64,000 nt of DNA from Thermodesulfobacteriota bacterium (GTDB taxonomy: Bacteria > Desulfobacterota_D > UBA1144 > Nemesobacterales > Nemesobacteraceae): NCBI GenBank assembly GCA_965202785.1, contig OZ241855.1:736001-800000 (forward strand), read 5' to 3'. The notes beneath the pieces were generated by a model, which ran no database searches, had not been told where the DNA came from, and saw only the letters and a list, made by a program, of their open reading frames with translations. This document shows positions 48,681 to 59,005 of this stretch, piece by piece; position 1 is the stretch's first letter, and every line of letters begins with the position of its first letter. The translations under genes and the position numbers were made by a program.

Positions 48681-50168
48681 ATGGTTTCTCCCTCCTACGA
48701 ACAATTTCTCGAGAACCTCGAGCACGGGAATCTCGTACCCGTGTGGGAGGAAGTTCTGGCCGATTACGATACTCCGGTTTCGGTTTTCAGGAAGATAGAC
48801 TCGCCCGATTACTCTTTTCTATTCGAAAGCGTGGAGGGCGGAGACAAATGGGCGCGCTACAGCTTTCTGGGCACGGAACCCTCGGTGGTGTTCCGCTCTA
48901 AGGGCCGAAACATCGAGATAATCCGCTCGGACGGGGAAACCGAAACGTTCACGGGCGACCCGATTCTGGCGTTGCGGGACCTGCTTTCACTATACAGGCC
49001 GGTTTCCTCGGAGGAGCTTCCGAGATTTCACGGCGGAGCGGTCGGTTACTTCGGTTACGACATGATCAGGTTTATAGAGGATATTCCCGATACTTCTCCT
49101 GATGAGCTTAAGCTCTGGGACTCCGTTTACATGGTAATGGATACCGTTTTGGCGTTCGATAACGTTACGAGCAAGATAAAGATCATCTCAAATGCCTATG
49201 TTCCCGACGTTAAAAATGCGAGGGAGGAGTACGAAAAGTCCCTTGCGAAAATAGCCGAGCTTAAAAACAGGCTTAAAAGTTCGCTTAGTGAAAAGTTTAC
49301 CAACGGTATTCCTCAAGATGTTGGCGAGGGAGAATTCAAGCTCGAGCCCAATTTCGAACCCGCACACTTCAAGGATGCGGTTCTCAGGACCAAGGAATAC
49401 ATAAAATCAGGGGACATAATACAGGCCGTAATATCCCAGAGATGGAAGACGGACCTGAGAGTCGATCCTTTTGATCTCTACAGGGCGCTCAGGATACTAA
49501 ACCCTTCTCCGTACATGTTTTTCCTGAGGATGGGTGATGAGATACTCACCGGATCTTCTCCCGAGGTAATGGTGAGGGTCGAAGGGGAAAGAATTACGAG
49601 CCGGCCGATAGCCGGAACGCGGCCGAGAGGAAGAACCGTCTCCGAGGACGAAGGACTCGTGGCCGAACTCATTGTGGACCCTAAGGAGAGGGCCGAACAC
49701 ATAATGCTTGTCGATCTTGCGAGAAACGATCTGGGAAGAGTTTCCAATACGGGCTCGGTCAAAGTAGACGATTTCATGATCGTAGAGAGATATTCCCACG
49801 TGATGCATATAGTTTCGAACGTGACGGCCCTGCTTGCCGAGGGGGCAGATGCCTTTGACGTCATAAAGGCGACTTTCCCCGCGGGCACTCTTTCCGGGGC
49901 GCCAAAGGTAAGAGCGATGGAAATAATTGAAGAGACCGAACCGGCGACTAGAGGGGCATACGGGGGATGCGTCTGCTACTTCAGTTTCTCGGGCAACATG
50001 GACAGTTGCATAACCATAAGAACGTTTGTGATAAAAGACGGCAAAGTCTACATACAGGCGGGAGCTGGCATAGTGGCAGATTCGAATCCCGAAACCGAGT
50101 ATCAGGAAACGGTTAACAAGGTAAAGGCCTTGGTGAAATCGGTTGAGCTTGCGGAGGATGGACTCTGA
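48681..50168 (+). CDS. trpE: Anthranilate synthase component I
   Basis: LFESVEGG..RYSF, NPSPYM, the TrpE-type RPIAGTRPRG, EHIMLVDLARND, FPAGTLSGAPK. Confidence 0.95.
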   Translation: MVSPSYEQFLENLEHGNLVPVWEEVLADYDTPVSVFRKIDSPDYSFLFESVEGGDKWARYSFLGTEPSVVFRSKGRNIEIIRSDGETETFTGDPILALRDLLSLYRPVSSEELPRFHGGAVGYFGYDMIRFIEDIPDTSPDELKLWDSVYMVMDTVLAFDNVTSKIKIISNAYVPDVKNAREEYEKSLAKIAELKNRLKSSLSEKFTNGIPQDVGEGEFKLEPNFEPAHFKDAVLRTKEYIKSGDIIQAVISQRWKTDLRVDPFDLYRALRILNPSPYMFFLRMGDEILTGSSPEVMVRVEGERITSRPIAGTRPRGRTVSEDEGLVAELIVDPKERAEHIMLVDLARNDLGRVSNTGSVKVDDFMIVERYSHVMHIVSNVTALLAEGADAFDVIKATFPAGTLSGAPKVRAMEIIEETEPATRGAYGGCVCYFSFSGNMDSCITIRTFVIKDGKVYIQAGAGIVADSNPETEYQETVNKVKALVKSVELAEDGL

Positions 50169-50758
50169 TGACCGAAGGGAAAAAGAAAATGATTTTAATG
50201 ATCGATAATTACGATTCCTTTACCTATAACCTGGTCCACTACCTGGGGGAACTCGGTCAGCAGATCGAGGTGAGGAGAAATGACTGTCTTGATTTCGGTT
50301 TCGTGGATGATCTTGACCCTGACATAATCGTAATCTCTCCCGGACCCTGCACGCCCAAAGAGGCAGGGCTTTCGGTCGACATAATAAAGAGGTATGTAGG
50401 AAAAAAACCCATTCTCGGCGTTTGCCTGGGTCACCAGGCGGTGGGTTATGCGTACGGGGCGAACATAGTCCAGGCTGAGAGGCTTCTGCACGGAAAAACC
50501 TCCCCGATCATTCACGACGAGAAAACTATCTATAAAGATCTTCCGAATCCTTTTGAAGCTACGAGATATCATTCACTTTTGGTGGAAGAGGCATCCCTTC
50601 CGTCCGACTTCGAGATTTCCGCCTGGACCGAGGAAGGTGAAATCATGGGGATAAGGCACAGGGAGTTTCCTGTTGAAGGCGTGCAGTTTCACCCCGAGTC
50701 CATCCTTACGGAGTGCGGGAAGGATCTTCTCAGAAACTTTATCGACTACTATGGATAA
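50168..50758 (+). CDS. trpG: Anthranilate/aminodeoxychorismate synthase glutamine amidotransferase
   Basis: IDNYDSFTYN, SPGPCTP, GVCLGHQ, RYHSL, QFHPES. Confidence 0.93.
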   Translation: MTEGKKKMILMIDNYDSFTYNLVHYLGELGQQIEVRRNDCLDFGFVDDLDPDIIVISPGPCTPKEAGLSVDIIKRYVGKKPILGVCLGHQAVGYAYGANIVQAERLLHGKTSPIIHDEKTIYKDLPNPFEATRYHSLLVEEASLPSDFEISAWTEEGEIMGIRHREFPVEGVQFHPESILTECGKDLLRNFIDYYG

Positions 50759-51030
50759 AGCCGATACGGCTTCCCCGTTTCTTTTTTCCTGTTTGAGAAA
50801 CCCTTTCGACTTATTAAGATATTTAGAGCATAGGACCGCATTTTAACCAGCTTTTCCCCCAAATGCGGTCCTGAACCGAAAAAGCGGTTTACGGTCTGTT
50901 TTTGCTCGCTCACATTTCAGTGTGAGCGCAAAGTCCCGAAGCAGTTAAGTCTGTCAAGCTATGTATGAGTTAGTTAAACAAAGAGAGGTTTTAAGGGAGC
51001 AGGGTTCGAATCTGTTTCGCGGGAGGTCAG

Positions 51031-52806
51031 ATGGGCCTTCTGGTTGAAGCTTTCATTTTTCTGCTGGCGACGATTGTCGTTGTTCCTGTCTGCCGTAAGT
51101 TCGGATTGAGCAGCGTGCTTGGCTACCTGCTTGTTGGATTGCTGATTGGCCCAAGCGTGTTCGGGCTTGTGGGCAATGCAACGGAAGTTCTGCACTTTGC
51201 TGAGTTCGGAATCGTTTTGTTGATGTTTCTCATCGGTCTTGAACTTCGTCCGCATCGCCTGTGGACCATGCGGAGATTTCTCTTCGGGCTTGGTACAACC
51301 CAGATACTCATAACTTCAGTCGTCATTGCGGTGTTCTGCTTTATGTTGCTGGGGATGGGCACGCCTGCGTCAATACTGATCGGGTTTTCTCTTGCTCTTT
51401 CAAGCACGGCATTTGTCGTGCAGTGGCTCGGAGAGCACAGGGAGTTCAACAGGCCCCATGGACGTGCGGCTTTCGGTACGCTGCTTATGCAGGATGTCGC
51501 CGTTATCCCTGCAATAGCCTTGATAGGTATCTTGTCTTCTAAGCCCGGGGATTCGGTGTCGTTGAACTTGATGCTTCTTATCGCTGTTGTGGCTGGATTC
51601 GTGGTTGCTCGGTTTACGCTTCGCCCCGCCCTGCGTTTTGTTGCCTCCACGGGAATCCATGAACTTTTCACAGCCGCTGCGCTTACACTCGTGACAGGTG
51701 CCGCCTTGGCAATGCACAGCATTGGTTTTTCAATGGGGCTCGGGGCTTTCGTAGCGGGGGTTATGGTTGCCGATTCTGAGTATCGCCACCAGCTTGAAGC
51801 GGACATAATGCCCTTTAAGGGGTTGCTTTTGGGCCTTTTCTTCATTGCGGTCGGCATGTCGGCCAACTTGGGCTTGCTGATCAGCAAGCCGCTTTTGATC
51901 ATCGGACTGACTGCGGTTCTCATGGTCGTAAAATCGCTCGTTATATACCCGCTTGCCAGATTGCAGGGTCTTGAGCACGATGAAGCGGTGCGGACGGGGC
52001 TTGTGCTTTCCCAGGGCGGGGAGTTTGCCTTTATTCTGTTTACCATAGGCGTTTCGGCGCAGCTTGTAGATCAATTCGTCGTCGATGTTGCCGTTTTGGT
52101 GGTAACGTTGTCAATGGCAGCAACACCTTTTCTCGTTGCGATCGGTTCCCGGTTCGGTGCCGAAAAGGACAGCGCACCTGCGCCGGCAGAGGAAACCCAT
52201 GGATCGCAGAATTCCGTTATCATCGTGGGCTTTGGTCCGTTCGGCCAGACTGTAGCCCGGATACTGACCATACTTGAAATTCCGTTCACGGTGATTGAAC
52301 TTGATCCCAAGAGGGTTGACTTCGTTCGTCAGTTTGCAAGTGAAACATACTATGGCAACGCATCGAGCCTGCGGGTTCTGCTGTCCGCTCATATTGACCG
52401 GGCTCCTGCGATCGTCGTGGCGATCGACGATGTCGAATCGTCTCTGAAAATAGTCGGTCAGGTATCTAATGCTTTTCCGAACCTTAAAATTATGGCGCGT
52501 GCTAGGAATCGTTTTCACGAAATAAAGCTCCGCGAGCTGGGGGTGACCTCCGTGATTCGCGAGACTCTGCTTTCAAGCCTTGCTCTTTCAACCCAGCTGC
52601 TTGAGCACCTGGGGGTTCCACCGACCGATTCAGCGGGGATAATTCAGGCGTTTCGTGAACATGATGCCCAAACTCTGGATAGCCAGATGGCGGTTTACCA
52701 CGATAAAACCGGGTTTCCTGAAGAGGTGTTTGATCCTACGCAGGAACTAAAGGAGTTGTTCAAGGAAGACAAAAAAACCAGTCTACGCACCGAAAAGGAA
52801 ACTTGA
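51031..52806 (+). CDS. KefB/KefC-like CPA2 K+/H+ antiporter with KTN domain
   Basis: LGYLLVG, AEFGIVLLMFLIGLEL, ALSSTA, LLMQD, PFKGLLLGLFF, SQGGEFAF, GFGPFGQ. Confidence 0.92.
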   Translation: MGLLVEAFIFLLATIVVVPVCRKFGLSSVLGYLLVGLLIGPSVFGLVGNATEVLHFAEFGIVLLMFLIGLELRPHRLWTMRRFLFGLGTTQILITSVVIAVFCFMLLGMGTPASILIGFSLALSSTAFVVQWLGEHREFNRPHGRAAFGTLLMQDVAVIPAIALIGILSSKPGDSVSLNLMLLIAVVAGFVVARFTLRPALRFVASTGIHELFTAAALTLVTGAALAMHSIGFSMGLGAFVAGVMVADSEYRHQLEADIMPFKGLLLGLFFIAVGMSANLGLLISKPLLIIGLTAVLMVVKSLVIYPLARLQGLEHDEAVRTGLVLSQGGEFAFILFTIGVSAQLVDQFVVDVAVLVVTLSMAATPFLVAIGSRFGAEKDSAPAPAEETHGSQNSVIIVGFGPFGQTVARILTILEIPFTVIELDPKRVDFVRQFASETYYGNASSLRVLLSAHIDRAPAIVVAIDDVESSLKIVGQVSNAFPNLKIMARARNRFHEIKLRELGVTSVIRETLLSSLALSTQLLEHLGVPPTDSAGIIQAFREHDAQTLDSQMAVYHDKTGFPEEVFDPTQELKELFKEDKKTSLRTEKET

Positions 52807-53089
52807 TAAGTTTTTTTTCTGCCCCTGCTTATAGAAGCTGTCTCTCTTTTTTGAACAATAGCAGTAACATCCCTTGAAGTTCTTTATTTTCTTAAACCGA
52901 GGGCACGCACCTCCGATCTTCCTTATTTCACTAATTGGTATGGTTTCATCAATCGTTGAAAAGAGCTATGTACTGAAAAACTTGAGGTTAGCTCATAAAC
53001 GGTATTTACAAAAGCCATCGTTTAAGTCTCATCCGTGACTGGAAATTCTAGTTTTTTTAATTCAACTGTTCATGATGACTGGGGTCTTT

Positions 53090-53124
53090 TGCACAATTTG
53101 AAAGTACTACTTTCAAATTGTGCA
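53090..53124. repeat. 35-bp palindrome in an AT-rich intergenic region
   Basis: TGCACAATTTGAAAGTA-C-TACTTTCAAATTGTGCA. Confidence 0.85.
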
Positions 53125-53311
53125 TTATTGGGGCAAGTTTCTCGGGCAATATTTTTGTCAGTTGTCTCTTTTTTAATGTCCAAATGTATGTGCGCAGGGT
53201 CCCGTTAACAGTTTTTTTTCAGGTAAACTAAAATGTTCAGAATAGACAACGGTTAAAAACCGTCAAAACTGCCAATTTGTATTCTGAAACTAAAATACGC
53301 AAGAGGAAAAA

Positions 53312-55030
53312 ATGAAACTGCCTTTACGTCCGAGAGACGAAAAATACATAGGAAAAGGGACTCTTCCCAACGGTCCCTTAGACGACACCGACAACTGGCT
53401 TCCCATAACCAGGTACCTTGAGGCGGGGGCAGAGTCCTATCCCGAAAAAACAATGTTCAGCCTCGGGGATTCAGACGGCAAAGTAGCGGAAAGCTACAGC
53501 TACGGGGAAACAAATGCCTGGGCAAACAGGGTTGCGAATGGCCTCGTCGGGGAGTTCGGCATAAAAAGGGGGGACAAGGTCGGCATGTACATGCTCAACT
53601 GTTCCGAATATGTCATATCAATCATCGCCGCGCACAAATCGGGCGCCGTCCAGGTCCCTATAAACAAGGATGAAAAAGGCGATAGGCTGGCTTACGTAAT
53701 AAACTACTCCGAGATGCGGGTGCTCGTTGTTGATACCCAGAGCCTTCCCTACATAGGTGAAATAGCGGATAAGCTTGAGAATCTCGAAGCGATTTTTCTT
53801 GTCTCGGAGGAGGTTCCGGCGGACATAGGGGGTATAAAGGCATTTCCTTTTTCTGTCTTTGAGCAGTTCTCATCCGAAAACCCCGGGGTCGACGTGACGA
53901 TTGCCGACAAGGAAAGATGCATGTTCACTTCCGGCACCACAGGGATGCCTAAGGGAGTTATACGCGATCACGGGGGAGTGATCATGACGGTCCGCTCCTT
54001 CATACAGCAGCAGGGACTCAGAAGCGAGGACGTCTTGATGACGGTTCTTTCCCTTGGACACGCAAACGCCCAGGTGATGTGCCTTTTTGTTTCAATAGCC
54101 GTTGGCGGCTCTGCAGTTTTCTTCCCGAGGTTCTCCGCTTCCAATTTCTGGAAGTGGGCTGCCGGCTGCGGGGCGACCGGGGCTAACATGCTCGGGGCGG
54201 TGCCCGAGTACATATGGTCTTCTCCGTTGTCTGAGTGGGATTCAAGGCACGGAATAAGGATGATGCTCTCGGGGCCCGCGCCTAAAAAGCTTCGCGAGTT
54301 CGAGGAAAGGTTCAACACGAAGATAGTGGAAGGCTACGGATCTACCGAAATGGGAATGCCGCTCTGGAAAGACCCCGAGGATGAAAATCCGGGTTCATGC
54401 GGACTTCCCGTCGAGGGATACCACCTCGAGATAAGAGATCCCCTGAACACAGACGAGATCATAAACAAACCTTGGGACGTGGATAAGAATCCCGCTCCTG
54501 CAGAGGAGGAAAAGGGGCTTCTTTTCATAAAGCCTCTGGTTCCGCACACGACCCTAGATGAATATTTCAAGGACGAGAGAAGAACGAAAAACGCTTTTGA
54601 CGACCAAGGCTTTTTCAATTCGGATGACCTGTTTGCCGTTGGAACCGATGGGAGATACTACTTCATGGGCCGCTACAGCAGAATACGCGTGTCGGGAGAG
54701 AATGTGGATCCGGTAGCCGTGGCAGATGTCTCGGAGGAACATCCTTCAGTTCGGGAGGCTGTGGCCGTAGGCCTTAGACTGCCCGACATATCGGATGACG
54801 AGATCAAACTTAACCTGATACTTAAGGAAGGGGCGGATTTCGATCCTGTGGGGTTCTGCGAGTGGATGGCCGAGAAAGTTATGGTGGCAATGGTTCCCAG
54901 GTTTATCGAAATCTACGAGGAATTTCCGCTTACCTCGACCCAGAAGATTGCGGTTTCAGAACTTAAAAAGATATCCGATTCCACCTGGGACAGGCACAAA
55001 AGCGGGCTCAAGCTCAGGTCAAGAAAGTGA
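53312..55030 (+). CDS. AMP-forming acyl-CoA ligase (CaiC-like), copy 1
   Basis: FTSGTTGMPKG, EGYGSTE, FNSDDL, SGENV, TQKI. Confidence 0.9.
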   Translation: MKLPLRPRDEKYIGKGTLPNGPLDDTDNWLPITRYLEAGAESYPEKTMFSLGDSDGKVAESYSYGETNAWANRVANGLVGEFGIKRGDKVGMYMLNCSEYVISIIAAHKSGAVQVPINKDEKGDRLAYVINYSEMRVLVVDTQSLPYIGEIADKLENLEAIFLVSEEVPADIGGIKAFPFSVFEQFSSENPGVDVTIADKERCMFTSGTTGMPKGVIRDHGGVIMTVRSFIQQQGLRSEDVLMTVLSLGHANAQVMCLFVSIAVGGSAVFFPRFSASNFWKWAAGCGATGANMLGAVPEYIWSSPLSEWDSRHGIRMMLSGPAPKKLREFEERFNTKIVEGYGSTEMGMPLWKDPEDENPGSCGLPVEGYHLEIRDPLNTDEIINKPWDVDKNPAPAEEEKGLLFIKPLVPHTTLDEYFKDERRTKNAFDDQGFFNSDDLFAVGTDGRYYFMGRYSRIRVSGENVDPVAVADVSEEHPSVREAVAVGLRLPDISDDEIKLNLILKEGADFDPVGFCEWMAEKVMVAMVPRFIEIYEEFPLTSTQKIAVSELKKISDSTWDRHKSGLKLRSRK

Positions 55031-55981
55031 GCCCGAGATAAAGTAGAGAAACGCCGCGTAAACTACGAGAAGAAGGGCACCTTTCTTTTTTCCGATCCTG
55101 TTTTTACCAATCTGGGTTTTTCCAATTAGTAATACGAAAAGAACTGTAAGCAGCAAAAAAAATGTGAATTCAGGAGTGGTTCCGAACATCTTCGGATTTA
55201 CGTTTACGGGACGGATAAGTGCAACGAGACCCAGATACCCGAGGTTAAAGAAGTTGCTTCCTATGATGTTGCCGACGACTATGTTCTGTTCCTTCCTCCA
55301 TGCGGCCACGAGCGAAGCGGAGAGTTCCGGAAGGGAAGTTCCGAGGGCAATTGCCGTTACGCCTATGAACAGTTCGCTTATTCCAATTTGTGTGGCAATT
55401 TCTACTGCGCTACTGACCAGAAAGTGGGCACTGCCCGCTAGAAGCACTGAACCCAAGACCACATAAAGAAGAAGTTTCCACCCGCTGTCGTCTTGCGATG
55501 CGGAAAAAGCCTCGTTTTCTTCTGTGGATTTTTTATAGGGTAGAAACAAAAGGACGCCAAGCAAGAGAAACAGCAGCACTCCTTCGCCTCTTCCGAGGGA
55601 GAATCCGGTGCGACTGAGACCGTAAGTGGCAAAAGTGATGAGCATCAAGAATAGAAGCGGGAGTTTCAGTTCTTTCCATGCTTTCCTGTTTATCACTATG
55701 GGACTTATAAGGACTGTCAGGCCGAAAATAAGCCCGACGTTGGCGATATTGCTCCCGACCATGTTTCCGACTGCTATGTCGCTTGAACCCTCTATAACCG
55801 CTACTAGACAGACTACGAACTCAGGAACGGATGTTCCAAGTGCAACCACAATAAGTCCCGCAAAAAAGGGCCCCATGCTGGTTAGTTTTGAGATTCCTGC
55901 TGCGCCTTTAACGAGAAAAAGGCCACCTTTCCAGAGAAACGCGAAACTTAAGATAAAAATCAGCAGATTCGAAATTTCCAT
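55019..55981 (-). CDS. Calcium/sodium antiporter (YrbG-like, CaCA family)
   Basis: Two alpha repeats: GTSVPE..GNMVGSN and GTSLPE..GNIIGSN. Confidence 0.92.
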   Translation of the reverse strand: MEISNLLIFILSFAFLWKGGLFLVKGAAGISKLTSMGPFFAGLIVVALGTSVPEFVVCLVAVIEGSSDIAVGNMVGSNIANVGLIFGLTVLISPIVINRKAWKELKLPLLFLMLITFATYGLSRTGFSLGRGEGVLLFLLLGVLLFLPYKKSTEENEAFSASQDDSGWKLLLYVVLGSVLLAGSAHFLVSSAVEIATQIGISELFIGVTAIALGTSLPELSASLVAAWRKEQNIVVGNIIGSNFFNLGYLGLVALIRPVNVNPKMFGTTPEFTFFLLLTVLFVLLIGKTQIGKNRIGKKKGALLLVVYAAFLYFISGSLS

Positions 55982-56148
55982 AAGGTCAGAAGCGGGATTC
56001 GGGCCGCATAGGGCAGGTCAAGGGGTTTTTCAGGAACCGTGAAAAAACAGGGTTTGCAATGAAGCACCGATTAACCTATAATAGTGTGGATTTTTACAGC
56101 GCCTTTTCATTTTCAAGCGCTATAAGACTGTTCAGGAGGTTACAGTAA

Positions 56149-57870
56149 ATGCAATTATTATTCAAACCGCGCGATGGCGTATATCTAGGAAGCGGAGATC
56201 TTCCCTTCGGTAAATTTGAAGACACTTCGCAGTGGGAACCGATAACCACAAATCTTGAGAAGGGTGCCGAGATGTTTCCCGACAAGGCAATGTTCAAGGT
56301 CGGAGACAGAGACGGAAACATCGTGGAGAGCTACACTTATGCGGAAACCAACGCGTGGGCCAACAGGGTGGCAAACGGTCTTGCCCAAGGGTTCGGAATA
56401 AATAAAGGGGACAAGGTCGGCATGTACATGCTCAACTGTTCTGAGCACGTGATATCTATTATCGCCATACACAAGTGCGGCGGTGTGCAGGTTCCGGTAA
56501 ACAAGGACGAGAAGGGGGAGAGGCTCGCTTACGTAATCAACTACTCGGACATGAGGGCCCTCATTATTGACGAGGGGAGCATTCCTTTCATAGAGGAAAT
56601 CGGCGACACCCTTGAGCATCTTGAAGTGGTTTTCGTGACGGTTGACAGTCCACCTGAAAACATCGGAGGCATAAAGGCGCTTCCTTTTTCGGAATTTGAT
56701 AATTATGACGATACTAATCCCGGGGTGGACGTTACCACTGCCGACATGGAGAGGTGTATGTTCACGTCCGGTACCACAGGGATGCCAAAAGGGGTTGCCA
56801 GAGACCACGGAGGAGTGATCATGACAGTCCGTTCCTATCTGCAGCAGCAGGGAATAAGGAGCGATGATGTGCTCATGAGCATACTTTCACTCGGTCACGC
56901 CAACGCGCAGGTAATGTGCCTTTTCAGTGCCATGGCGTCCGGTGCGACTGCCGTGTTTTTCCCCAGGTTCTCGGCTTCCAATTTCTGGAAATGGGCGGCC
57001 GGGTGCGGCGCGACATGCGTTAACATGCTGGGAGCGGTAGCCGAGTACCTCTGGGCGGCGCCCGAGAGCGAGTGGGATCAGAAGCACAGCATAAGGATAA
57101 TGCTGGGCTCCCCAGCCCCGAGAAACTTGAAGGAATTCCAGGAAAGGTTCGGAGTCAGGGTGATAGACGGATACGGTTCGACCGAGATGGGCATGGTTCT
57201 CTGGAAAGACCCCGAAGATCACCGCCCGGGTTCATCCGGTTTCCCCATGGAGGGATATTACGTCGAGCTCAGAAATCCCGAAGACATCGATACGGTGGTA
57301 AGACCGTTCTGGGACTCTACCGACGATATTACTCCTCCCGACGACGCCAAGGGACTTCTTTTCGTAAAGCCGCTTGTTCCGCATACGACCCTGAATGAAT
57401 ATTTCAAGGATGAGAGAAGAACCAGAGAGGCCTTTGACGATGATGGCTTCTTCAATTCGGACGATCTCTTCGCTAGAGGTATCGATGGGAGATACTATTT
57501 TGTCGGAAGGTTCAGCCGCATCAGGGTTTCAGGCGAAAACGTGGACCCGGTAGCCGTCGGGGACGAGGCGATGCAATACCCCGCAATTCAGGAAGCCATT
57601 GCGGTCGGTATAAGGCTCCCGAACGTTTCGGATGACGAGATCAAACTCTGCGTTACGCTCAAGGCGGGCGAGGAATTCGATCCGATTGAGTTCTCCAAAT
57701 GGATGGCCGAAAGGGTTATAGTGGCCATGGTGCCTAGGTTCATAGAGGTTTACGAGGATGGATTCCCGGTAACCGCGACCCAGAAGGTCAAGGTCGCCGA
57801 GATAAAGGAAATTACCGAGAATACCTGGGACAGAAACGAGACGGGCCTCAAGTTCAGCGCCAGGAAGTAG
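56149..57870 (+). CDS. AMP-forming acyl-CoA ligase (CaiC-like), copy 2
   Basis: Same motifs as copy 1 with long identical stretches. Confidence 0.9.
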   Translation: MQLLFKPRDGVYLGSGDLPFGKFEDTSQWEPITTNLEKGAEMFPDKAMFKVGDRDGNIVESYTYAETNAWANRVANGLAQGFGINKGDKVGMYMLNCSEHVISIIAIHKCGGVQVPVNKDEKGERLAYVINYSDMRALIIDEGSIPFIEEIGDTLEHLEVVFVTVDSPPENIGGIKALPFSEFDNYDDTNPGVDVTTADMERCMFTSGTTGMPKGVARDHGGVIMTVRSYLQQQGIRSDDVLMSILSLGHANAQVMCLFSAMASGATAVFFPRFSASNFWKWAAGCGATCVNMLGAVAEYLWAAPESEWDQKHSIRIMLGSPAPRNLKEFQERFGVRVIDGYGSTEMGMVLWKDPEDHRPGSSGFPMEGYYVELRNPEDIDTVVRPFWDSTDDITPPDDAKGLLFVKPLVPHTTLNEYFKDERRTREAFDDDGFFNSDDLFARGIDGRYYFVGRFSRIRVSGENVDPVAVGDEAMQYPAIQEAIAVGIRLPNVSDDEIKLCVTLKAGEEFDPIEFSKWMAERVIVAMVPRFIEVYEDGFPVTATQKVKVAEIKEITENTWDRNETGLKFSARK

Positions 57871-57885
57871 GTTTCCCTTTTATCC

Positions 57886-58350
57886 GTGACGGGGCAGTCC
57901 GATGAAAGCATTATGGCCTTGGCTATCGGGGAAGCCGAGCGGGCCGCTTCGGCAGGCGAGGTTCCCGTCGGGGCGGTCATAGTTGATGAGGGCGGAACCG
58001 TAATTTCGGCCGCCCATAACCTGAGGGAATCAATTTCGGACGCTACCGCTCACGCCGAAATTCTGGCTATACGCCGCGCGTGCGAAGTTATCGGAAACTG
58101 GAGACTTTCCGGCACTTCTATCTACGTCACTCTAGAGCCCTGTGCCATGTGCATGGGAGCCATAGTCAACGCGAGAATAGACAGAGTGGTGTTCGGCGCT
58201 CCCGATCCCAAGGGCGGGGCGCTTGTAAGCAACTTTGGAATCGGCACAGGAGGGGATCTCAATCACCAGGTGGAATTCTCGGGGGGAGTCTGCGGCGAGC
58301 GGTGTGCGCGCATTCTTGAGGATTTTTTCAGGACGCTTCGAGATTCCTGA
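57886..58350 (+). CDS. tadA: tRNA adenosine(34) deaminase
   Basis: GEVPVGAVIV, HAE, TLEPCAMC, FGAPDPKGG. Confidence 0.93.
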   Translation: MTGQSDESIMALAIGEAERAASAGEVPVGAVIVDEGGTVISAAHNLRESISDATAHAEILAIRRACEVIGNWRLSGTSIYVTLEPCAMCMGAIVNARIDRVVFGAPDPKGGALVSNFGIGTGGDLNHQVEFSGGVCGERCARILEDFFRTLRDS

Positions 58351-58352
58351 AC

Positions 58353-59003
58353 TCAGGCCTGAGGGCTAACGACGATTTTTTTCGAGTTACCCTTGCTTGG
58401 AACCGTCTCGTATTTTATGTCCTCTTGCTTCTTGAGTTCTATGTAGGCCATTTTCCTTTCGTAGGACGAGAGCCGCTCGATTGAGTGAGAATTTCCGCTT
58501 TCTTTTACTTTCTGTACGGTCTCCGCAACTTTTCTCGGCACGTCAGAGTCCTTTTTCTTTCCGTCGTGCCCGCCGATATTTATGGCGACCCGCTTGCTTT
58601 TTCCCTCGTTGCTGTTTCTCGAAGCTATCTTCCCTACTATGTACTCAAGGGACTTTATTACTTCCCCGTTTCTCCCTATGAGGAATTTCTTGTCTTTAAC
58701 GGGCCAAACTTCAAGTATTATCCTGTTTTCAGTTTCTTCGGCCTTTACGCTCTGCGGGGCTGGAAACAGAAAACCTAGCAGGTTTTCAAGAGTTTTTTTC
58801 GCCCGAAACGCCTTTTCGCTCAGTCCGCCAGTTTTTACTTCCACTCTCACTATGGCGTTTTTGCTTCCTATGCCCAAAACCCCCTTGGAGTCTTCCCTTA
58901 TAACTTCGATTTCCACTTCTTCTTTTGAGACTCCGAGTTCCTCACAGGCGTTCACTACGGCTTCGGAAATGGTTTTTCCTTCCTTTTCTATTACGGTGGC
59001 CAT
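58353..59003 (-). CDS. jag: Jag/EloR/KhpB RNA-binding protein
   Basis: Jag_N (EGKTISEAV..KGVLGIG), KH (LIGRNGE), degenerate R3H (SSYERK); downstream of yidC. Confidence 0.85.
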   Translation of the reverse strand: MATVIEKEGKTISEAVVNACEELGVSKEEVEIEVIREDSKGVLGIGSKNAIVRVEVKTGGLSEKAFRAKKTLENLLGFLFPAPQSVKAEETENRIILEVWPVKDKKFLIGRNGEVIKSLEYIVGKIASRNSNEGKSKRVAINIGGHDGKKKDSDVPRKVAETVQKVKESGNSHSIERLSSYERKMAYIELKKQEDIKYETVPSKGNSKKIVVSPQA

Positions 59004-59005
59004 TG

